From NCBI GenBank assembly GCA_035554275.1, contig DATMIN010000106.1, forward strand, positions 1,422 through 65,421: a stretch of 64,000 bases of DNA, read 5' to 3'. A program made the position numbers and the translations under genes. Source of the DNA: Burkholderiaceae bacterium. Its GTDB lineage: Bacteria > Pseudomonadota > Gammaproteobacteria > Burkholderiales > Burkholderiaceae_C. The number at the start of each line of letters is the position of its first letter. The stretch's first letter is position 1. Positions 56,701 to 64,000 of this stretch are shown in pieces. The notes below the pieces were generated by a model that was given only the letters and a program-made list of their open reading frames with translations, was not told the origin of the DNA and made no database searches.

Positions 56701-58579
56701 CCGCGGGGCTCGCGATCACCTTGTTGGTCACTGCCAGCGTGTAGACGATCTGCGTCTCGTCGGCCTCGACGGTGGTCTGCGTGCCGCCGGCGGTGGCGGC
56801 CGACAGCGCGACCTGCAGATCCGGCGAGTTGTTCGCCGCGGTCACGGAAACCGATGCGCCGATCTGATCGTTTGCCGAATTGAAGTCGCCTGGCGTGCCC
56901 GAATAGCTCGTGGTCGCGTTGTTGGTCGCGGTGCCCGCAGCCAGTGCCTGCGTCGTGATCGTCAGCGTGCTGCTGTTGCCGACGCCGAGTGCGGCGTTGT
57001 AGGTGCAATTGACGTTCGGCGCAGCCGACACGCAGGTCCAGTTGGTGCCGCTGGCACCGACGTACTGCTCCTTGGTCGGATCGAGCGCGTCGACCACCGT
57101 GATGCTGCCGCTTGCTGCAGTTCGCGGGCCAGCGTTGTTGACGACGATCGTGCTCGTCATGTTGGCGCCGAGCGCGACGAAGTTCGGTGTCTTCGACTTC
57201 GTGACCGACAAGTCGAGGCCGTCGGGCGAGACGGTGACGCTGCGGGTCGCGCTGTTGTTCGATGCGTTCGGATCGGTGGGGCCGCCGACGTTCGGCGCGA
57301 TCGTTGCGGTGATGCTGTTGAAGACGGTCGGGGTTGCGACGCTCGGCGTCGTCGCGACGATCGTCAGCACGCCCGAAGCGCCGGAGGCGAGGCTGCCCGC
57401 GAACGTGCAGGTCACCGTCGTGCCTGGACTCGGGTTCGGGCAGACCCAGCCTGCGGACGGCGTCGCGCTCGAGAACGCAAAGCCGGCCGGCAGCGGGAAG
57501 CTGACCTGTGCACCTGCCGTTGCCGGATAAGGCCCAAGGTTGCTCGGATGCAGCGTGAATGTCACCGCATTGCCCGAGGTCGCCGGATTTGGCGACGGCG
57601 GATCCTGCGTGACCGCGAGGTCGGTACCGGGATTGACGGTGACGCTGGCGACTGGACTGTTGTTCGACGAGTCCGGGTCGCCGACGCTGGACGAGATGTT
57701 CCCGCTCAGCGTCACGGTGCCGCCGGCCACGCCGGTGATCCGGGTGACGATCGGAAAGCTCGGATATGCGCCGACCGCGGCAGCCGCGCTCGTGCAGGTG
57801 ACGACCTGCCCCGCTGCGCCGCACGACCAGCCGTTGCCGCCTGAGCCGGCCGGCACGTAGGTGAGCACGCCAGGCAGCGTGCTCGTGAAGGTCATCGCAC
57901 CCGACGTATTCGGCCCGAGGTTGCTGCCGCTCACGGTCCAGCTCACCAGATCGCCGCCGGTCGCCGGATTCGGCGAGCCGCTCAGCGAGGCGCTCAGATC
58001 GGCGCCGTTGTTGACCGTCGTGTTCTGGGTCAGCGAATTGTTCGCCGGATTGATGTCCGGGTCGGTGGTCGTGATGTTGACCGTGCTGTTGAGCGTCGCG
58101 ACGCTCGAGCCGATCGTGCGCAGCACGACGTTGATCGTGCGGGTCGGGCCGGCCGGGGCCGCGAGCGTGCCTCGCAGCGTCGGGTAGGTACAGGTGACTG
58201 TGCCGGGCGATGCACCGTCGTGCACACACGCACCGGGGACTGCCACGTCCGAGACCGAGACGAACTGCGTGTTCGCGGGCAGCGCATAGGTGACGACCAC
58301 GTTGTTCGCGATGTCGGCGTCGGTGTTTTCGGCGACGATCGTGAACGTGATCGGGCCACCGCGGACCGCAGGATCCGGGTTGTCCGTGAAGCCCGAGATC
58401 TGGGCGTCGACTGCGAGCGCGAGCGCTGGCGCGAATGCGCAGCCGAGCGCCAGCAGCACGCGTGCAGCGGCTCGCAGAACGCTTCGGGTCGGTGGTCGGG
58501 GCGACCCTTCGGGATCGAGGTTGGCGTGAAAGAGATGGGTTGGTGTGGCTGTCGGGTCTCGCAAGTCTCTGAACTTCAT
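50786..58579 (-). CDS. Giant surface adhesin-like protein with DUF11 repeats and SdrD B-like domains (2597 aa)
   Basis: Signal peptide; repeated DL.V.K...N.GP and DP...NN units; I.G.V..D.NNNG and G.Y.F..L.PG.Y.V.E repeats. Confidence 0.92.
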   Translation of the reverse strand: MKFRDLRDPTATPTHLFHANLDPEGSPRPPTRSVLRAAARVLLALGCAFAPALALAVDAQISGFTDNPDPAVRGGPITFTIVAENTDADIANNVVVTYALPANTQFVSVSDVAVPGACVHDGASPGTVTCTYPTLRGTLAAPAGPTRTINVVLRTIGSSVATLNSTVNITTTDPDINPANNSLTQNTTVNNGADLSASLSGSPNPATGGDLVSWTVSGSNLGPNTSGAMTFTSTLPGVLTYVPAGSGGNGWSCGAAGQVVTCTSAAAAVGAYPSFPIVTRITGVAGGTVTLSGNISSSVGDPDSSNNSPVASVTVNPGTDLAVTQDPPSPNPATSGNAVTFTLHPSNLGPYPATAGAQVSFPLPAGFAFSSATPSAGWVCPNPSPGTTVTCTFAGSLASGASGVLTIVATTPSVATPTVFNSITATIAPNVGGPTDPNASNNSATRSVTVSPDGLDLSVTKSKTPNFVALGANMTSTIVVNNAGPRTAASGSITVVDALDPTKEQYVGASGTNWTCVSAAPNVNCTYNAALGVGNSSTLTITTQALAAGTATNNATTSYSGTPGDFNSANDQIGASVSVTAANNSPDLQVALSAATAGGTQTTVEADETQIVYTLAVTNKVIASPADANNVVVTLSIPGRTTATNVTLNATVLTNTSGTSNATFSCTGTGTGSTANVVCTQTGGTQLSPGDVVTFTVAANRAMADGTFNANASAVSSAQGDPLPSDNSTSLPITIDPIADVEVVSKLLAANPVLAGTNAIYTITLRNNGPSSAANLSLSDVFTVPGGDTGFTFVSATASNGGSCSGLTAGTSYSSGAPTITCNWGAVVTNGDTRTVTVTVRPNWQSGSAARTLANTATVGTTTAEDSVGGQGSASNSKSQTLNISPAQVDMLINDSDLVDPLGFDPSVPANNDITYAVVASNNGPSLASGVGFTFTMSPPVGKTITFRGDGAAAGVAAANPSGTIAGSLCDQVGSSVTGPATLTVTCLYTAPGLLANAASVTRHLVFRVGTAPNTGGDTYTTSATAILNETDSNTSNNTEGETTTVRVRADLSIVKTPSSNPVQLREPFTWSVVVSNAGPGDSQTTGLTDTLPAGMVFGAGTPTWAISGGGATGTCSVAGQTMTCAFGVLSAGRNVTVTVPARVTTYPSGGLTQNCASASTSEVDPNSANSVSICAPLTVQRSSIAGTVFQDRDRAGANAGTPQAPAVEPRIAGVAVQLSGTDAYGNPVSQSTTTDASGNYSFTNLSPADASGYTVTETQPTSFVNGPTAPPAPAAGGAYAGGGSAGNSSYGAIALAANTSGTGYDFPEVRQPSLSGFVYVDINLNNVRNPGVDSAIAGATVRLLNANTLALVATTTTDGTGAYTFANLDPLIAYTLEEPLPSSPAGLANGPVNPGLVNGAACASGCTAQPNAPSAGTDRITAIDLGAGTDGTQFNFGEQQVSTISGFVFADVNNNGVQNLPGDIGLAGVTIVLTGTDATNATINRTTTTAADGSYSFANLLPGTYTVTEPTQPAGSSNGLTIPGTGGGSATGVATLPSAISGIVLTAAANASANNFAEIPSSSAIAGRVWLDANNNGSIDASEGGIAGVTIELTGTDTNGPVSRTTTTDSTGVFSFGTLAPGVYTLREPTQPTGTLNGRTIAGTIGGSTSGTATNVATLPSAISTITLGVGQNSVANLFGEVPTGSIAGRVYGDNNNNGSIDAGETGLAGVTITLSGTDDLGAPVNLTTTTAADSGYTFASLRPGTYAVTEPQQPGGTTNGITSAGSAGGNPTTPSVTPSAITAIVLAPGVNSTQNNFGEIGNSPDLLVSKDHALPRFTVHNAASYRIRVRNAGELATTGDYTVTDRLPVGLTLAATPSGAGWSCVGAAGASVFSCSANTVIASGAANPTAIDVSVTVGPQAATNSPVHNVVLVEGGGELDARRPTTAERDAAINNPASLPVCSPAISHNVCRDPTVVQLSASLAGTVWYDGGSVPSLLDGGDTRLADWQVEVVNTTDNTIVARAVTGTDGSYRVPDLLPGVALAVRFREPQSGVVFGYPVNGDLSPGSSGASCNPSQALANGTSSSCVDKGTNPQLGVVLAAGQDLTQQSLPVDPSGVVYDAGVRTPVAGAVVTLAPTGVCAGWNPASSVVGASLGGYSVNGSAISMTVGASGFYQFLFAASAPASCQFGLSVTPPAGYTFVSKLIPPQAGSLTPPGATGSTYAVQPQPTAPTGAVGTATTYHLGLISGSAGANIVHNHIPLDPALPNGISLSKTGDKSVAEVGDSVRYSIAVQLTSGELPRQLTVLDRLPAGFTFIKGTASVNGVAIADPIGGPGPRLAFNLGPMPADGKFLLQYRLRVGVGSQQGDGINRAIGYACGVPSGCLTAAFTPLASSLATNEAQHQVRVTGGVFAPEACVAGKIFVDCNGNQIQDREELGIPGVRLLLQDGTTLVSDSEGKYSYCGLPPRSAVLKVDSSTLPRGSRLVTSSNRNLGDANSLWLDLKNGELHRADFIEGSCSNPVLEQTKARRAQGEVRAPEAEKKGPALRFDSKAHGLSSTSSPQQGTDGANQTVPKARAAAPASSSSGPPPPPPPPGSPSTSTTATETKGGSDAAR

Positions 58580-59185
58580 CAAACGCCCTGTCGTACTGCT
58601 GGTGGCTGCAGCCTCAGCGCGTGGCTCAAGAACTGCGGACTACTTGTCAAGACCCGGTACAGATGAGCACCGACTTCACGTTTACTGACAATAACGAAAT
58701 TGTCCTTTACAGGGTGTAGGTTTCGGCCGAACGGCGGAGGACTTGAGGAACAAGTTCTCGTTGTGCACGAGGCGTGTGGCGCGCCGAACACGATGCTTAG
58801 CGACGCCATCCCGAGAGGTCCTGCTCGGCTCTAGCCTCGCGGCCGCGAGGAGCTTAAGTACGGCATCCCACGGTTCACTCGCGCCAGCCGACCGTACAGC
58901 TGACGTTCGCCGACTTCCGCTCATGGCCGTCTGCGACCTTCAACGGCCATCACGGTCGAGCCTGGTGCTGACGCGGCGATTGCCAATCTTGTGGACTCTC
59001 CCAGTGACTGAGCAGAAGGCCGATGCCGTGAGCGTCAAAGGCGGCGGGTCTGTTGATGTTCCAGCTGCTAGGGCACCAACGAGAACACGGACGCCAATGT
59101 TCAAAAGTTGGTGGCCGACTTAGGGATGGCAGCGCCAGTGTGGCGACCTAGAGTGAAGAAGCCCTGTCTCTACATTGAGCCGTCC

Positions 59186-59467
59186 ATGTTCGCAGCACCC
59201 TCACCGAAGCCATACCGCCAACTGGTTAGCGGGGTTGTCCTGTTCGTCGCCGCGATCGCCATCATCGGCGCCATCGCGGGCACCCATGCGACCGCCTCCG
59301 GCGGTGTGTCGCCGGGGGCAACCCAGATCTCGCTGTCGCTGGGCGGCCCTGCCGGCGCCGCGCTCGTGCCCGGTCAAGCGTTCGAGCGCGATCCCTCAGT
59401 GCCCCAGGCCGCGGAGGTGTTCACCCGCGCGGCAGTGGAGGCCGACGCCGACACGCCGTCGTTCTGA
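59186..59467 (+). CDS. Small membrane/exported hypothetical protein (93 aa)
   Basis: One TM segment; DPSVPQA..VF motif. Confidence 0.6.
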   Translation: MFAAPSPKPYRQLVSGVVLFVAAIAIIGAIAGTHATASGGVSPGATQISLSLGGPAGAALVPGQAFERDPSVPQAAEVFTRAAVEADADTPSF

Positions 59468-59590
59468 GGTTCTGAAGCGTTCGGGCGGCTTCGGCCGGAC
59501 CTAGGCGCGTCCGCAATATCAAGGAGGACGCGGCTGCCGTTCTCAGAACGGCCTGACCCTGTAGCCCGGCGCTACGGTGCGAGCCTGGAC

Positions 59591-59650
59591 GTGCTGTTCG
59601 ACCCGATTCGCCACGAGCCTCTGACCGCGAGCGCATGGGAACCAGTCGCG
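59591..59650 (+). pseudogene. N-terminal remnant resembling LanC-like proteins (MLFDPIRHEPLTASAWE)
   Basis: Recalled N-terminal motif; the frame runs into the convergent hydrolase gene. Confidence 0.35.
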
Positions 59651-59693
59651 TGCGCGTGCGCTCGCCGGGCGGACGCGGCGGCCATGACCGCGC

Positions 59694-60401
59694 TCATCGA
59701 CGGTTCGCGGGACGCATGCCCCCTGCCGCGTGCCGCCACTGCGCCAGCAGGTCCTGCGACTCCATTACGAGCCCGAGGTGCAGCGACACCATGATCATCG
59801 CCGAGGCCTCGAGCTGAACGTCGGTGCCGCGCACCAGGTCGCGCAGCACGATTACGCGGTAGTTGTGGTTGTTGGCATCGAAGGCGGTGTTGAGCACGCA
59901 GCAATCGGCGAAGCCGCCATCGAGCACCACGGTGGTGATGCGCTGGTTGCGCAGCAGGAAGTCGAGGTCGGTCGGGTAGAAGGCCGACAGGCGTCGCTTG
60001 TTCTCGACACGCAGGTCGCCAGGTTCGACGCGCGTCACCCACTCGGTCCAGGGCGAGCCTTCGATCGCGTGCGCATCGGCATTCGGAATCTCGCCGACGT
60101 GCAGCGGGAAGGTGCGGCGCCAGGCGGCGGGAATGCCGCCGAGGTCGTCCGAGCCATCCGCACGCAGCACCGACTTCACGTGCACGATGCGCACGCCCAG
60201 CGCGCGCGCTTCGTCGTGGAACGCATCGAGCGGCGCGACCAGTTCCTGCGCGCGTGGCGCGGGGCAGGGGCAGTCGGGCGAGTCGTCGAGGTGGCCGCGG
60301 TGCATGTCGATCGAGATCACCGCGGTGCTGCGGGGATCGAGGTAGTCGGTGAACTGGCTTGCGTCGATCTCGCGGGCTTGTTCGTAGACGAAGCTGCGCA
60401 T
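59694..60401 (-). CDS. Cysteine hydrolase / isochorismatase family protein
   Basis: TAVISIDM, NKRRLSAFYPTDL, ADCCVLNTAFDA motifs. Confidence 0.93.
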   Translation of the reverse strand: MRSFVYEQAREIDASQFTDYLDPRSTAVISIDMHRGHLDDSPDCPCPAPRAQELVAPLDAFHDEARALGVRIVHVKSVLRADGSDDLGGIPAAWRRTFPLHVGEIPNADAHAIEGSPWTEWVTRVEPGDLRVENKRRLSAFYPTDLDFLLRNQRITTVVLDGGFADCCVLNTAFDANNHNYRVIVLRDLVRGTDVQLEASAMIMVSLHLGLVMESQDLLAQWRHAAGGMRPANRR

Positions 60402-61336
60402 CACCTTCTTTCCTCTCGGAGGTAGGGCTGGCCCAGCGCGCCGGGCTCGCCGTCGCTGCTGCGACGGGCCAGCGCGACCCAGACCATCACGGCCAGCGTC
60501 ACGACATAGGGCGTCATCAGCACGAAGTACTGCGGCAGCTGCACGCCGGCGGCGGCGAGCTGCGGAATGAGGGCTTCAATGCAGCCGAAGAGGACGGCGC
60601 CGGCCAGCGCCTTCCACGGCGACCAGCGCGCGAAGATCACCAGGCCAACCGCGATCCAGCCGCGCCCGCCGGTCATGCCCCCGATCCAGAGCTTGGTGCT
60701 CACGACCGAGATGTAGGCGCCGGCCAGGCCGACCAGCGCGGCTCCCGCGAGCACGGCGGCGAAGCGCCAGGCCGTCACGCTGATGCCGGCGGCATCGGCG
60801 GCCTGCGGGTTCTCGCCGACCGCGCGCAGGCGCAGGCCGGCGCTGGTGCGCGTGAGGTACCAGACCACCGCGAAGAAGATCGCCAGCGTCGTGTAGACCA
60901 CGATGTTCTGGTCGAACAGGCGGCCGACCAGCGGCAGCGAGGCCAGCGGCCCGAGCGGGAGTGCAGCGAAGCCCTCCACCGCACGGTTGGTCCAGCCCAG
61001 CAGCGTGCCCAGCAGGCTGGTGAGCCCCTGGCAGAAGAACACCAGCGCGAGGCCCGCGATGACCTGGTTCACGCGCAGCAGGATCACCATCACCGCGAAC
61101 AGCACCGACACCAGGCCGGCGGCCAGCATGGCCAGCATCAGCGCAATGCCCGGCTGGCCGAGCGACAGCTGGGCGCCGATGCCGACCAGCGCGCCGACGA
61201 GCATCAGCCCCTCGGCCCCCAGCGACAGCACGCCCGAGCGTTCGGTGATGATCAAGCCCAGTGCGGCCAGCGCGTAGGGCACGGCGAAGTCCGGCGCATT
61301 GCCGAGCCAGTTGGTGGCAATGGCGAAGGCGTCCAT
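60401..61336 (-). CDS. ABC transporter permease (nucleoside/CUT2 type)
   Basis: ERSGVLSLGAEG, GLRLRAVGENP, GRGWIA motifs. Confidence 0.93.
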   Translation of the reverse strand: MDAFAIATNWLGNAPDFAVPYALAALGLIITERSGVLSLGAEGLMLVGALVGIGAQLSLGQPGIALMLAMLAAGLVSVLFAVMVILLRVNQVIAGLALVFFCQGLTSLLGTLLGWTNRAVEGFAALPLGPLASLPLVGRLFDQNIVVYTTLAIFFAVVWYLTRTSAGLRLRAVGENPQAADAAGISVTAWRFAAVLAGAALVGLAGAYISVVSTKLWIGGMTGGRGWIAVGLVIFARWSPWKALAGAVLFGCIEALIPQLAAAGVQLPQYFVLMTPYVVTLAVMVWVALARRSSDGEPGALGQPYLREERR

Positions 61337-62478
61337 CAGCCGGCCTTGCTCGCCACCGCGCGAATGCGGTGGCGGATGAAGAAGTCCGACGAGGCGACGC
61401 AGATCACGACGATCGCCTGGATCAGCTGCACCATCGAGAAGGGGATCTGGTAGAAGACCTGCAGGTTGCGGCCCGCCACGAAGAGCGCGGCCACCAGCAG
61501 CGCGACCACGGTGGCGGCCAGTGGGTTGTTGCGTGCGAGGAACGCGATCAGGATGCCGGAGAAGCCATAACCCGCATAGAAGGCCTGGGTCAGCCGTCCC
61601 TCCTGGCCTGCGACCACCACGAAGCCCGCAATGCCCGACAGCGCGCCCGACAGCAGGACGGCCGACAGGATCATGCGACGCACCGGCACGCCCACCGCGT
61701 GCGCCATGCGCGGATTCGCGTCGACGAAGCGCAGGTACAGGCCGGCGCGGCTGATGCCGACAAACCACCAGGCCAGCACCGTCACCACGAGCGCGAGTGC
61801 GATGGCGGCCGGCGCGGTGTTGCCGAACCATTCGGGCAGCCGCTCGAAGCTGCGGAACTGCGGCGAGTAGGGGAAGGAATCCTTGGGGTCTTTCCAGGCG
61901 CCGTAGACCAGATGCAGCAGGAAGTTGCCCGCGATGTAGTTGAGCATCAGCGAGGAGATGATCTCGTTGACGCCCAGCCTGAGCTTGAGCAGCGCAGGCG
62001 CCAGCGCCCACAGCAGGCCGAGTGCGATGGCCAGGCAGAGCATGAGCGGCAGCCGCAGCGCGGGCGAGCCGATTTCGAAGAACGAGACGGCCGTGGCGCC
62101 GATCGCGCCCCAGATCATCTGGCCCTCGAGCCCGAGGTTCCAGAAGCGCGCGCGGAAAGCCATCGCCGCACCCAGGCCGACGAGGATCATCGGCGCCGCC
62201 TGGAACAGCACGGCCTGCAGGCTTTGCAGGTCGAACAGCGTGTGCAACACGAACTCGTTGAGCAACTCGCCCGCCGGCACGCCGGCCGCCACCAGGATCG
62301 CGGCTGAGATGCCGAAGCCGATCGCCAGCGAAATCGCGAGGATCAGCGCCTGCTTCGGCCAGGCCATCTGCTGGCGCAATTCGAGCGCATAGCGGCGGCT
62401 GGTCAAGGGGCCGCGCGGCGCAGGGGAGGCGGTGGCCGCGAGCAGCGCCGACGAAGCCTGCATCACCGGTTCAGTCAT
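61336..62478 (-). CDS. ABC transporter permease (nucleoside/CUT2 type)
   Basis: WNLGLEGQ, NEIISSLMLNY, GYGFSGI motifs. Confidence 0.93.
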   Translation of the reverse strand: MTEPVMQASSALLAATASPAPRGPLTSRRYALELRQQMAWPKQALILAISLAIGFGISAAILVAAGVPAGELLNEFVLHTLFDLQSLQAVLFQAAPMILVGLGAAMAFRARFWNLGLEGQMIWGAIGATAVSFFEIGSPALRLPLMLCLAIALGLLWALAPALLKLRLGVNEIISSLMLNYIAGNFLLHLVYGAWKDPKDSFPYSPQFRSFERLPEWFGNTAPAAIALALVVTVLAWWFVGISRAGLYLRFVDANPRMAHAVGVPVRRMILSAVLLSGALSGIAGFVVVAGQEGRLTQAFYAGYGFSGILIAFLARNNPLAATVVALLVAALFVAGRNLQVFYQIPFSMVQLIQAIVVICVASSDFFIRHRIRAVASKAG

Positions 62479-63985
62479 GGTCGACCATGGCCTGCCCGAT
62501 GGCCAGGCGATCGGCGGGCTGCTCGAACTCGGCGACGATGCGCCCGCGCGCCATCACGCCCACGCGGTCGGCCAGCGCCAGTACCTCGTCGAGGTCTTCG
62601 CTGATCAGCAGCACCGCAGCCCTCGCATCGCGCGCGGCCAGCAGGCGCGCATGCACCTCGGCGCTCGCGCGCACGTCGAGGCCGCGGCTCGGGCTGTGCG
62701 CCAGCACGATGCGCGGCATGCGGCCGAACTCGCGCGCCAGCACCAGCTTTTGCGCATTGCCGCCCGAGAGCAGCGCGGCCTTCTGGTCGAGGCTGCGCAC
62801 GCCCTGCACGTCGAATTGCGCGACCGCGTTGCGCGCGTCCTGCTGCATGCGTTTGGCGTCGAGCCGCCAGGCCGGGCCGTAGCGGCCGTCGTGCACCTGG
62901 CCGATGCCGAAGTTCTCGGCCACTGACAGCGCACCTGCGAGCGCGATGCCGTAGCGGTCGGCCGGGATCGCCGCGAATTGCAGCGCGCGACGCTCGGCAT
63001 TCGAGGTGTTCGCGAGATCGCCGAATCCTTCCAGCAGCAGCTCGCCTTCGAACGGGGCGTCCAGCCCCATCAGCGCCGCGGCTAACTCGCTCTGGCCGTT
63101 GCCGCCGACGCCGGCCAGCCCGTAGATTTCGCCGGCATGAAGCGTGAGATCGACACCATTCAGCGCGCGATGGCCGCCGGCCCCGGGCGTGCGCAGGCCG
63201 CGCACCCTGAGCCGTGCGTCGCCCGCCGGGCGGCGGCCGCGCACCGGTGCCGCGACCCCGTCGCCTACCGTGAGTTGCACCAGATCGGCCACCGCGACCT
63301 GCTTCGGGTCCACCGTCTTGATGGTGCGTCCGCCGCGCATCACCGTGACGCGATCGGCGTAGGTCTTTACGTCGGCCATCTTGTGCGTGACCAGGACTAC
63401 CGCCGCGCCGCTGCGCGCGAGCGCGTGCACGGTGGAGAGCAGGCGCTCGGCCTCCTTGTCGGTCAGCACGGCCGTAGGCTCGTCCAGGATCAGGATGCGC
63501 GCGCCGGCCAGCAGCACCTTGAGGATCTCGACGCGCTGCTGCTCGGCGATCGAGAGGCGCTCGGTGCGCTGGCGCGGGTCGATGTCGAAGCCCAGCTCCT
63601 GCGCCTTGGCGCGGATCTGCGCCTCCAACTGGCCCAGGCGCCGGCGGTGGCTGCCTTCGCCCGATGCGAGCGGATGGCCGAGCATGATGTTCTCGGCCAC
63701 GCTGAAGGGCTTCACCAGCTTGAAGTGCTGGTGCACCATGCCGATGCGGTGGCGCGCCGCATCGCGCGGCCCACTGAGCTGCACCGGGTTGTCGTCGACC
63801 CACATCCCGCCGGCCTCCGCCGCGTAGAGGCCGGCCGCGATGTTCATCAGCGAGGACTTGCCCGCGCCGTTCTCGCCGAGCAGCGCGTGCACCTCGCCCC
63901 AGCGCGCGTGGAAGTCCGCGTCGGTCAGGGCCTTGAAGCCGTCGAAGGACTTGGCGATCCCGGTGAGCCGGAGTGCGGTCGCCAT
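62471..63985 (-). CDS. ABC transporter ATP-binding protein (two NBDs)
   Basis: GENGAGKS, GMVHQHF, LILDEPT, LSGGNAQK, ISEDLDE motifs. Confidence 0.96.
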   Translation of the reverse strand: MATALRLTGIAKSFDGFKALTDADFHARWGEVHALLGENGAGKSSLMNIAAGLYAAEAGGMWVDDNPVQLSGPRDAARHRIGMVHQHFKLVKPFSVAENIMLGHPLASGEGSHRRRLGQLEAQIRAKAQELGFDIDPRQRTERLSIAEQQRVEILKVLLAGARILILDEPTAVLTDKEAERLLSTVHALARSGAAVVLVTHKMADVKTYADRVTVMRGGRTIKTVDPKQVAVADLVQLTVGDGVAAPVRGRRPAGDARLRVRGLRTPGAGGHRALNGVDLTLHAGEIYGLAGVGGNGQSELAAALMGLDAPFEGELLLEGFGDLANTSNAERRALQFAAIPADRYGIALAGALSVAENFGIGQVHDGRYGPAWRLDAKRMQQDARNAVAQFDVQGVRSLDQKAALLSGGNAQKLVLAREFGRMPRIVLAHSPSRGLDVRASAEVHARLLAARDARAAVLLISEDLDEVLALADRVGVMARGRIVAEFEQPADRLAIGQAMVDHD

Positions 63986-64000
63986 GCGTGCCTTACTTCT

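Noticed and set aside
58580-58900. c-di-GMP riboswitch upstream of the adhesin
   Set aside because: No GEMM-type GGCAAACC/GACGCAAAGC pattern seen on the minus strand
45966-64000. attR (tRNA-Arg 3' duplicate) closing the island
   Set aside because: No convincing match found by eye; GAGGAACAAG at ~58745 is only a partial arm-site match

Overview
High-GC Betaproteobacteria-like (Burkholderiales-type; inferred) chromosomal window with four parts. (1) 1-~15.4 kb is the right end of a prophage. It has virion/ejection-type genes and a 4346-aa polyvalent protein (ParB-like, N6-methyltransferase plus SNF2 helicase of DarB type, MuF-C-like, zincin, PLxRFG). This giant gene appears to hide its own expression units: two +1-frame overprinted ORFs with Shine-Dalgarno sites (one with a sigma70 promoter) and an antisense promoter driving a predicted ~80-nt structured RNA. 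(2) tRNA-Pro(TGG) and tRNA-Arg(TCT). (3) From 15.7 kb, an integrative mobilisable element with a P4-type integrase, LexA-boxed imuA-imuB-dnaE2, SRAP and other cargo. It has a leading region (radC, parB-like, ssb, DUF932, HU) with long ssDNA-type hairpins, and stb-oriT-mobC-VirD2-like relaxase with no T4SS seen. The leading region contains an integrase-less array of 7 attC sites (CALIN) with an IS30 insertion, and there is one orphan attC at 22.9 kb. A DUF11/SdrD adhesin, beta-barrel and OmpA operon follows at 46-58.6 kb. (4) A nucleoside-type ABC transporter and cysteine hydrolase operon at the right end. All calls were made by eye from the sequence and ORF track; no searches were run.
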